Shown piece by piece: positions 21,841-29,772 of a stretch of 64,000 nt of DNA (positions are counted from its first letter, which is position 1; each line of letters begins with the position of its first letter). The DNA is taken from positions 1 to 64,000 of the forward strand of contig CDROCS010005043.1 in assembly GCA_977020255.1 (NCBI GenBank), given 5' to 3'. The notes below the pieces were generated by a model, which searched no databases, was not told where the DNA came from, and was given only the letters and a program-made list of their open reading frames with translations. This DNA comes from Obrimoposthia wandeli. Its lineage: Eukaryota. Both the position numbers and the translations under genes were made by a program.

Positions 21841-22795
21841 TTTCGACTCTCATTCTGGTAATTAAATTTTGCATAAATTCGGTTGGTATCACAGCGCCTT
21901 TGTATTGAATGACTTGGCCTGCAAGGCTATTTCCCCAAGCGCAGCAATCAGCCATAGGTTGTTCTTCAGACCAAGCAGCAAGGTAGCCAGCATTAAAAGA
22001 ATCACCAGCCGCTGTGGTATCAACAACTTGGTCAACTTTATTACCAGTGACAACACCTTGTGAGCCCGCATGGGACCACATAGCCCCCTCACTACCTCGT
22101 TTTACCACCACCTGTTTAATGCCAAGGTCATGTAAACGTTTAGCAATAATGGTTGGCGCAGTATCTTCCGAACCCAGCAGTAAATCTTCATCATCGCCGG
22201 TCACTAAGGCGATATCACTCAACTGATAAAGTTTATCTAACCACTCTTGCGCATGTGCAGGGCTTTGCCATAATCGCGGACGATAGTTAGAATCAACCGC
22301 GATCTTAACGCCAGCTTTTTTTAACGTGGCTAATGAAGCCAGTAATTTCAATTTACTACTATCAGGTAAAATGGCCAGAGAGATACCCGATAAGTAGATC
22401 AGATCCGCATCCACTAAGCTAGCCATATTCAGCTCAAAGTCTGCATGTTCGCACATATGACGTGCCGCAGAATCATTGCGCCAATAACTGAATGTACGCT
22501 CACCTGTTGCATCAATCGCAATGGCGTACAGCCCGGGGATCTTAGTTTCATCTAAGGTGACAAGGCTGGTATCAATGCCTTCATTACGCCACGCTGTCAA
22601 CATTGATTGGCTGTATCGATCAACGCCCAATCCTGTTATGTATTGTACCGACACATCCGGTTGTAAACGCGAGAGATAAACAGCTGTATTAAGTGAATCA
22701 CCACCAAAGTTTTGTTGTTGAGTGCCAAACGGCTTACCGCTTAACTCAATCATACATTCACCAATAATGGCTATTTTTTTATGTTTTTTCATCAT
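21830..22795 (-). CDS. kdgK: 2-keto-3-deoxygluconate kinase (PfkB family)
   Basis: IGECMIEL, GGDSLNTAVYL, GERTFSYWR, DSNYRPRLW, DTTAAGDSFNAG. Likely start is ATG 22795. Confidence 0.93.
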   Translation of the reverse strand: MMKKHKKIAIIGECMIELSGKPFGTQQQNFGGDSLNTAVYLSRLQPDVSVQYITGLGVDRYSQSMLTAWRNEGIDTSLVTLDETKIPGLYAIAIDATGERTFSYWRNDSAARHMCEHADFELNMASLVDADLIYLSGISLAILPDSSKLKLLASLATLKKAGVKIAVDSNYRPRLWQSPAHAQEWLDKLYQLSDIALVTGDDEDLLLGSEDTAPTIIAKRLHDLGIKQVVVKRGSEGAMWSHAGSQGVVTGNKVDQVVDTTAAGDSFNAGYLAAWSEEQPMADCCAWGNSLAGQVIQYKGAVIPTEFMQNLITRMRVENDK

Positions 22796-22899
22796 AACCC
22801 TACTCAACGGTAATACCTCCATTATCGTAATATCCAACTGCCACAACGAATTAAGGCACTTGATTTATATTTACACAACTCAGACAATGAAAACAAAAC

Positions 22900-22933
22900 C
22901 TTTCGATTACTTTCAAACAATGATATTCGAAAG
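22900..22933. promoter_or_regulatory. AgaR-type boxes upstream of kdgK-eda
   Basis: CTTTC at 22900 and 22910 (10-bp period), inverted GAAAG at 22929. Confidence 0.6.
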
Positions 22934-22944
22934 TCATAGTAAAT

Positions 22945-22966
22945 AAATAGAGCTAGATCACAAAGT
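22945..22966 (-). promoter_or_regulatory. Putative CRP site
   Basis: Minus strand reads TTTGTGATCTAGCTCTATTT, against the consensus TGTGATCTAGATCACA. Confidence 0.45.
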
Positions 22967-23034
22967 ATTTGATCTTGCTGTTAAAACGAGGATTAAATTG
23001 ACAGTTCACCGTTAAACCACAAACATCGAGTATG

Positions 23035-23065
23035 AAAAAAGGGTAAGTAGCAACTTACCCTTTTT
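23035..23065 (-). terminator. Terminator after the lipoprotein lyase
   Basis: aaaaaagggtaagt-agca-acttacccttttt. Confidence 0.85.
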
Positions 23066-23084
23066 ATAGTGGTGGTGGTGGTCG

Positions 23085-26000
23085 TTATTTTTGTTTTTTG
23101 AGCGTCACTTGCTGTGGTATACCAAAATAGCTTACAAATGTTAAAGAAGTATTATCACCAGATACACTCACTTTAACCTTATCGTTATCGGCAATCACAT
23201 CCCAGCGGCCTTGAATAACAACGGGAATATCCATTGGTATCGCCGCTGTATAACGCGTCATATTCAAGTCCGGAGTCACACCACTAATATTAATAGTGTC
23301 TTCACTCACTTGTCGTGTCATGACAATCGATGGTTTTGACATACTCACAACTAAACCATCGCTAAAGCTAGTGCCTGAAAAAGCACTATACGCGGTCGTT
23401 TTAGTTTCTATATCATAAACAACATGGGCATTATCGTCTTTTTGCAGTACTTGATAAGGCTTGTTACCCGCGGTAGTTTCAGCTGCAATACGTGCCATCG
23501 ATTCCGGCGTCGCATCAAGTATGGTTAAATACTCATACTCAGCATCATCAGGGGCATCCCCATGATTTAACCAAGCAACAGTAAAGTCGCCCTCTGTTGG
23601 TTTTTTACTTTGATTATGTGCTGATTTTTGATGCTGACGGCGTACTTCAAGTTCACCATCACTGACTAACACATAGCCATTACCTTGGCCGTCAATGAGC
23701 CAGTCACCTTTCGCTAATGTCGCAGTATAAGGAAAGGCGTCAATTTCTGTGCCATTCACCCATATACTATTCGACTTAGCTGTGTTCGCATGTTGGAACA
23801 ATGTCGTTTCAGTATTAAAACCATCACTACTGCTCTCGATATTGCTACCCAACATCACCAAACGGTTGTTCACCGAGAAGGTTGTTTTAAGCATTGAGAA
23901 ACCACTATCAAATTTTGCCGTAGATGGTGCTTGATGCTTAAACGCAAACATACCATATTGACCATCCAAACTTGATGCACCACTAAATGCTTGGTTACCA
24001 CGTAACATCAAGGTATGCGAATTTGGACTATCAAGTTGCTCTAGCGGTAAATGAATCGTCGTGGCTCCAGGGTTACGATTCCAATCCCAACCCGCTTCAA
24101 CAAAACCAACATCAGCTTGCTTTCCATAAGGCACAATCTGTACTGCACCGTGACTTTGATAGCGACCATAACGGTTATCACGATGATAGATCTCTGACGA
24201 CCAAACATTACTATTATACGCCTTCATCGTCACCATTTTGTCCTGATAACGGTGAATACCAAACGCACCACCATTAAACGCCCAATAACCTTGTGGGAGG
24301 CTTTCTGGTTCAACCCGTTCGCCAAATAATGCCACCGACTGGTCTGCCGTTTTACCTGTGATTTGTAAATATGCAGCAGCAAGTTCATGATCGACATCAC
24401 CATCACCAGACAAATCACCTGAAAGTGCTAACCAACGAAATGAATCTTGGAATGACGCTAATTTAGGTGGATTTAATGGGTGGCGTCCAGATAAGCCGAT
24501 ACCGACTTCAGGATTACTATATACCCAAGCTGATAACATCGCTTTTTTCAACGCTTTGCGACCCGTTTCACCGACTGCATACGGGGTACCACTGAGCATA
24601 TAAACCAGTTGAGCAGCATTTTTGAAAGCAGGAAATGAATAACCCGGATAGTTACCTTCATGACGCCACGCAGTACCATCTGGTCGTAAACCATCATAAC
24701 CACCAGGTGGTGTTTGCGACAATGCGATATCAATGTAATGACCAAATTTTTGCAATAAAGCAACTCGACGATTAATATCAGGTTCGAGCATTAACAATGC
24801 GAGATGTTGTCGTGACAAGGTATTGAAATAATCTAAGTTAGAACTTTCAAGTCCCGGTACCATATCAAAATTATCTTTAAATTCACGTGAATACCATAAT
24901 AAGGCATCATAAACAGGCTTACGTAAATCATGCTGAGTTAACACATCAGACATTAACATCGCTGAAATATACCACCAACGACCATAGTAACCCCAGTGGT
25001 GTGTCGTCACCAATGAACTGCCATCAACGAATCCCTGGTCTAGGATATGTTGTGTCATTAACACATACATATCTTCCAGCTCTTGTTTAATAATAGGGTC
25101 GTTCGTATTGTTCCATGCTCTACTGATATTTAGCAATAATGTAGAATATTTTCCTTGCGATACATAATCATCAATCAATTTTTTATCTGCGGGCTTTAAA
25201 TGCTCAGGCTGATAAATAACACGCTGTTTATTATTGATCAGATGACGGCCAGAAAGATTACCGTCACTGTCACGTTTGATTTCAAGAGCAGTGAATTCAG
25301 CGCGTAACGCATCTAAATCGGTATTTATTTTCAACCCTGTTTCACCCGCTATGTTAGTAAATACATTAACCAGTGAATTACGTACCAAGTTAGCAGTTGC
25401 AATTTCTTCAGCTGTTGCAACTGGAACAATTTTAGATAAGTTAAAATCAATTTCAGGGATTGTATAACGGGTTTTAACTTGATCATCAGACCATTGATAA
25501 CGAGAATCATCAACTGACAACATCACTCGATCTATATAAAAAGTACCATCTTCAGCATTGCGAGGGGCAGTAAAACGGATAGTATCCATATCACTGCGGA
25601 CACTACCAAAAATACTACTACTACCTAAGCCTTCGCCATCTTTATTGTCAGTCGGCGCGATACCTTCGACTTCTCGGCCTTGAATGTCATTCGCTAAAGA
25701 AACACCAACGGCTCGCCAACCGGTAAAATTCATATTGACACTAAAACCAGCATCAGCATCAGCGGTTCCAGTCAATCCACGACCTAAGTCAACCACAACA
25801 TCATCATCAACAGCGACTTCATTGTAAATCCAAAATGATAATACTTGCGTGCCTCGACGTCCCCAAGTCTTTTTCGCTTGGGCGTCAGTAATTAGCTTGA
25901 TCGGTTGATTGATAACAAAAGCACTGCTCTTTGTCCAATCCCATTGCAGAGAATGTCTGCCCATGATGTAACGCTTGTCACTCATCTGTAAAGTAGAGCC

Positions 26001-26186
26001 TTGTCGAGCAACAATATTATCAGGTACTTTGTCTTCTGACAGTGGAATAATGAGCGATTCCATGACAGGTGCGATAACGTTTTTTTCTTCCACCGCTTGC
26101 ACTTTATTCATATCAGCACAAGCTGTGAGCCCAAGTGCGGTAACGATACATAAAGATATCTTTTTTAATTTCATTGAAGTATGCAT
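23085..26186 (-). CDS. Chondroitin sulfate ABC lyase, cABC-I-like (PL8), lipoprotein
   Basis: Lipobox LTAC. THHWGY, GLRPDGTAWRHEGNYPGYSFPAFKNA (catalytic His/Tyr), SGRHP, WSSEIY.RDNRYGRYQSHG and GWDWNRNPG match Proteus-type cABC I motifs. Confidence 0.93.
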   Translation of the reverse strand: MHTSMKLKKISLCIVTALGLTACADMNKVQAVEEKNVIAPVMESLIIPLSEDKVPDNIVARQGSTLQMSDKRYIMGRHSLQWDWTKSSAFVINQPIKLITDAQAKKTWGRRGTQVLSFWIYNEVAVDDDVVVDLGRGLTGTADADAGFSVNMNFTGWRAVGVSLANDIQGREVEGIAPTDNKDGEGLGSSSIFGSVRSDMDTIRFTAPRNAEDGTFYIDRVMLSVDDSRYQWSDDQVKTRYTIPEIDFNLSKIVPVATAEEIATANLVRNSLVNVFTNIAGETGLKINTDLDALRAEFTALEIKRDSDGNLSGRHLINNKQRVIYQPEHLKPADKKLIDDYVSQGKYSTLLLNISRAWNNTNDPIIKQELEDMYVLMTQHILDQGFVDGSSLVTTHHWGYYGRWWYISAMLMSDVLTQHDLRKPVYDALLWYSREFKDNFDMVPGLESSNLDYFNTLSRQHLALLMLEPDINRRVALLQKFGHYIDIALSQTPPGGYDGLRPDGTAWRHEGNYPGYSFPAFKNAAQLVYMLSGTPYAVGETGRKALKKAMLSAWVYSNPEVGIGLSGRHPLNPPKLASFQDSFRWLALSGDLSGDGDVDHELAAAYLQITGKTADQSVALFGERVEPESLPQGYWAFNGGAFGIHRYQDKMVTMKAYNSNVWSSEIYHRDNRYGRYQSHGAVQIVPYGKQADVGFVEAGWDWNRNPGATTIHLPLEQLDSPNSHTLMLRGNQAFSGASSLDGQYGMFAFKHQAPSTAKFDSGFSMLKTTFSVNNRLVMLGSNIESSSDGFNTETTLFQHANTAKSNSIWVNGTEIDAFPYTATLAKGDWLIDGQGNGYVLVSDGELEVRRQHQKSAHNQSKKPTEGDFTVAWLNHGDAPDDAEYEYLTILDATPESMARIAAETTAGNKPYQVLQKDDNAHVVYDIETKTTAYSAFSGTSFSDGLVVSMSKPSIVMTRQVSEDTINISGVTPDLNMTRYTAAIPMDIPVVIQGRWDVIADNDKVKVSVSGDNTSLTFVSYFGIPQQVTLKKQK

Positions 26187-26212
26187 GAAATAACCTTACA
26201 ACTATGAGAGAA

Positions 26213-26234
26213 GCTTATGGGCTAACCCATAAGC
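26213..26234. other. Intercistronic 9-bp hairpin between autotransporter and lyase genes
   Basis: gcttatggg-ctaa-cccataagc, with only a weak U tail on the minus strand. Confidence 0.7.
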
Positions 26235-26241
26235 AGCTAAT

Positions 26242-28341
26242 TTAGAAACGTTTAGTAGTAGAAATACCAGCAACCAATTCAGTATATTTATCACGCTGGT
26301 AATAATTTAAACCAGCAGAAATACTAAAGTCATTTTCCATTTTAAAATGACCATTTAATTTAGCTTCTAATACATCACCGCCAACTTGATCACCAGAGAT
26401 CACAAAACGATCCCCAGAAGTATCCATCTTCAGAGTTGCACTTTCACGGAACACTTGATCTGAGTTTAAGTCTTTATAACCCATCACAGAGAATGATGGT
26501 GTAAATTGACTGTTTTCCATTTGAAAAGTGGTGAATATGTTGTAGCCAATGCCAACTTGTTTTGTACTGTAAGTTTGACGGTCATATCGTAAGCTAGCAG
26601 GAGAGCCTTGCTCTTCATAATCAGCACTGCGGATCCACTGATAATTATAAGCAATACGAGGTTCAAATTGCACAGATTCCAGATCAAATTTCATCCCTGC
26701 CATCAATTGATAGCCTAACTGAAATGAACTGTATTCAGCCTTTGCATGAGTATCGCCTTCATAACCTGAACGATTACCAATAACTCTTTCGCTGGTATTA
26801 TCATTACGACCAATATTAACATTGCCATCAATAAAGTAACGTTGATCAAACCAGCCGCTATAAATCATCCCTTGAAAACTATCAACTTCATTACTGCTGT
26901 TATTATTGTTAATATCAGCGCTCGAATTAGCATAAGCTAATGAAGCGCCAAACAAGCGTTGTTTATCAAAAACGCGGTCAAAACCAACGTTAATACCATA
27001 GGTACTCAAAGAATAACCGTTCACAGATGCTGAATCAGCTTGCCTACCGCTACTGTATAGCGCATGGCTCCAGATATTCCAGCCATTATTTGCAGTTCCC
27101 AACGCACTTTGATTACGTAAAATATTAGTACGCTCATCAACTTGACCACGCATTTTATCGACGAGCATAAGCGCAGCACGTAGTTCACTTCCTTCTGCAT
27201 CAGGTGTGATGTCATCTGCTAGTTGAGCTGTTTTTATCGCGTCATTACCCGACGATGTTAATAAAGCCAATAACTCAGCAGAAGCATCTGAACCGGTTTT
27301 ATTATGTGTATTAAGCGCATAATTCACCATGTGGTTAGCGGTCGCTACTTCATTGTTATTAGCACCACCAGCAGCAGCTAAACTAACAAATTGATCACCA
27401 CCTTGATAATTAACCGCGTAACGTACAATTAATTGATTACCCGACACACCGCCGTTAAGTGCTGGAGGTGTTTTCTCTAACCATGAACTCTGCACCGCTA
27501 ATAGTGGTGACATAGTCAGGTTTGATTTTGCCGCAGGTTTATCTCCCTCAATAACAATACCGGATCCGCCTTTTATGCCACCATCAGATTTCAGTAACAC
27601 AATATCTTTACCTAAAATATCATTTACACTGCTACCTTTATAAGAGAATTTCACCTTGTTATTAACGAACTCTGTTTTTCCTTCAACCTGTAAAATAGGT
27701 GCATCTAAATTACTCGTATCACCGACATTGAAGGTCAAGGTTGAACCCGCTTTATTACCAAAGTCCCCTCCCCAAACAATCGTATTAGCCTGACTAATAA
27801 TCGTTAAATTACCATAGTTATTAATGGTGCCAATACCGGTAATAGCGCCTCCATCAAAGATCGCATCTTTACCACTACTACCGTTATAGCCAAAATTTAT
27901 TTTATTACCTGTTACACCATTACCAATAATGCTGCCATCAATTGTGCCGTCAACATCGATACGTAATGAAGACGAGCTCGTACTAAAGTCTATTGCGTTG
28001 ACAAGGCCACTTACCTTCGAACCAGCCTTAACGTAAATCCCTAAATTAGGACTTGCTGGATCACTTTGAATAAAGCGACCATCAATTTTGATACCAGTCC
28101 CGTTACTGCTGGTAATATCATAGCCATCGGTATAAATATTACCTTTAAGTACACCATCACTCGCAACATATATTGCATTCGCATTATCAGCCGTCACTGC
28201 AGCATCATTTTTTAACCACTGACTTCCGAACTCGCCACCTTTATAACTTAGTCCTTCTGCATTAACTAAGCTGGGTGTAAATAAATAGCTCACTACTAGT
28301 AGAGACAATAAACTCGGTTTAAACTTTGGCTTAATATACAT
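26242..28341 (-). CDS. Type Va autotransporter with a Gly/Asn/Ser-rich beta-helical passenger of unknown function
   Basis: Signal peptide ending VNA, AIDA-like passenger, linker helix, and C-terminal barrel (WNIWSHALY...G.SL.TYG...GFD...FEPRIAY...), ending in Phe. Confidence 0.85.
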   Translation of the reverse strand: MYIKPKFKPSLLSLLVVSYLFTPSLVNAEGLSYKGGEFGSQWLKNDAAVTADNANAIYVASDGVLKGNIYTDGYDITSSNGTGIKIDGRFIQSDPASPNLGIYVKAGSKVSGLVNAIDFSTSSSSLRIDVDGTIDGSIIGNGVTGNKINFGYNGSSGKDAIFDGGAITGIGTINNYGNLTIISQANTIVWGGDFGNKAGSTLTFNVGDTSNLDAPILQVEGKTEFVNNKVKFSYKGSSVNDILGKDIVLLKSDGGIKGGSGIVIEGDKPAAKSNLTMSPLLAVQSSWLEKTPPALNGGVSGNQLIVRYAVNYQGGDQFVSLAAAGGANNNEVATANHMVNYALNTHNKTGSDASAELLALLTSSGNDAIKTAQLADDITPDAEGSELRAALMLVDKMRGQVDERTNILRNQSALGTANNGWNIWSHALYSSGRQADSASVNGYSLSTYGINVGFDRVFDKQRLFGASLAYANSSADINNNNSSNEVDSFQGMIYSGWFDQRYFIDGNVNIGRNDNTSERVIGNRSGYEGDTHAKAEYSSFQLGYQLMAGMKFDLESVQFEPRIAYNYQWIRSADYEEQGSPASLRYDRQTYSTKQVGIGYNIFTTFQMENSQFTPSFSVMGYKDLNSDQVFRESATLKMDTSGDRFVISGDQVGGDVLEAKLNGHFKMENDFSISAGLNYYQRDKYTELVAGISTTKRF

Positions 28342-28389
28342 AATTATCACTCTCAGAAATAAATTCAGATCAACTCACACAACACTGAC

Positions 28390-29322
28390 TTAAAATACCG
28401 TACTAACACCAAACGAAAGATACTTCACTTGGCCATCCGCTTTACCTAAATTAAAGCCATCTTGGTATTTGGTATCTTCTATATAGTACTCAGCGCTTAT
28501 TTTAAAACTATCCGTGATCGGATAAGAAAGCTGCAATGCATAACGATAAGTTTTACTGTTAGTATGATCCTCATCATGATAAGCACTGTCATACCAAGCG
28601 TAAGCCTTAGAATAACCGATAGGTAAGCGGAAATAAGGAGACACAGTTATGCCAAAAGGTGCTTTCCAATAATAATAAATGCGAGCCTGTTGGCCTGATT
28701 TATCATCTGATAAGCCCCAAGTATCACCTTTATCACTTTTTAGTCCGGAATTATAATACGTCATGGTGAGTCGAGATCCGTTAGCGAAATAATAACGAGG
28801 TCCTGATTCAAATTCCCAGCTTAAATAATCACTATCCATGGTTGGTTTAACATTATCCGCCGTATGACTGGCTTGGGTATTTAGGCCAAATTGTACTTCG
28901 CCCCACACGCCCCATTGATCATTAAATGAATATATATAAGCCGTCTCACTGCTATATAGATTAACGATCAAGCGAGAACCACTGTCATAAATCGTGCTAT
29001 CTTTTTGTAAATTGATACTCGGTTGGATCCAACCACCATCGAATCGAAAGCGGTACGACATTTCCATACTCGCTTGGGTATATCTTTGTTTGGAATCATG
29101 TTTACGATCACGATAACCTAAACTGTAATACCAATTTGAACCATCAGGGTTGATCGTCATATCCAGTCTTGGACCTGAATAGTTATAGTCTGAACCATAA
29201 TTCCCAGATTCTTGACTCAATGAGACATTAATTTTTGCAGCATTTGCCTGTAAAGGTAATAGCAGGCTTAATAATCCAACTGACAATAGACTGCCAGATA
29301 CTTTAACAAAATCAGATTTCAT
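28390..29322 (-). CDS. OmpG-like monomeric porin
   Basis: Signal peptide (ANA), Tyr/Trp-rich amphipathic strands; C-terminal SPYFR...YALQLSY...SAEY...KYLSFGVSTVF resembles the OmpG C-terminus. Confidence 0.65.
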   Translation of the reverse strand: MKSDFVKVSGSLLSVGLLSLLLPLQANAAKINVSLSQESGNYGSDYNYSGPRLDMTINPDGSNWYYSLGYRDRKHDSKQRYTQASMEMSYRFRFDGGWIQPSINLQKDSTIYDSGSRLIVNLYSSETAYIYSFNDQWGVWGEVQFGLNTQASHTADNVKPTMDSDYLSWEFESGPRYYFANGSRLTMTYYNSGLKSDKGDTWGLSDDKSGQQARIYYYWKAPFGITVSPYFRLPIGYSKAYAWYDSAYHDEDHTNSKTYRYALQLSYPITDSFKISAEYYIEDTKYQDGFNLGKADGQVKYLSFGVSTVF

Positions 29323-29663
29323 AACTTTTTATGACTCCCTAACGTTAAACTCAATGTGATTGTATATATTTTATAAACGCAATTTTAACGATTTCTCACT
29401 AAAAGTTTGTGATCAACCACCAATTATCGAAAGCAAACAAAAGAAACAAAGTAAGTAAAAGAAAAAGTTCAAAAAATATTAACTAATATTTAAATAAGAT
29501 CTAAAACATCATAAACTACTGGTTAATAAAGAATAAGTCGATTTAAATCGCTAGATTAGTAAGCATTGTTAAATTTACTGATCAACACCATGTCACAAAA
29601 CAGTTAATAAAAAGTATAAATACATTGAAATACATTTCATTAAAGCTTTAAAATCTTCACATA

Positions 29664-29698
29664 GAAAGACAAAGAAAGAAAAGGAAAGCAAAGGAAAG
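29664..29698. promoter_or_regulatory. Four AgaR-type GAAAG boxes upstream of the Ig-like lipoprotein
   Basis: GAAAG at 29664, 29674, 29684 and 29694, an exact 10-bp period. Confidence 0.7.
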
Positions 29699-29772
29699 AT
29701 AGGTTTGATGTATTAGTTCTACTAACCGTCAAATATAATTCTCTTATAATGAAACTACCCTAGGCAGGAATC

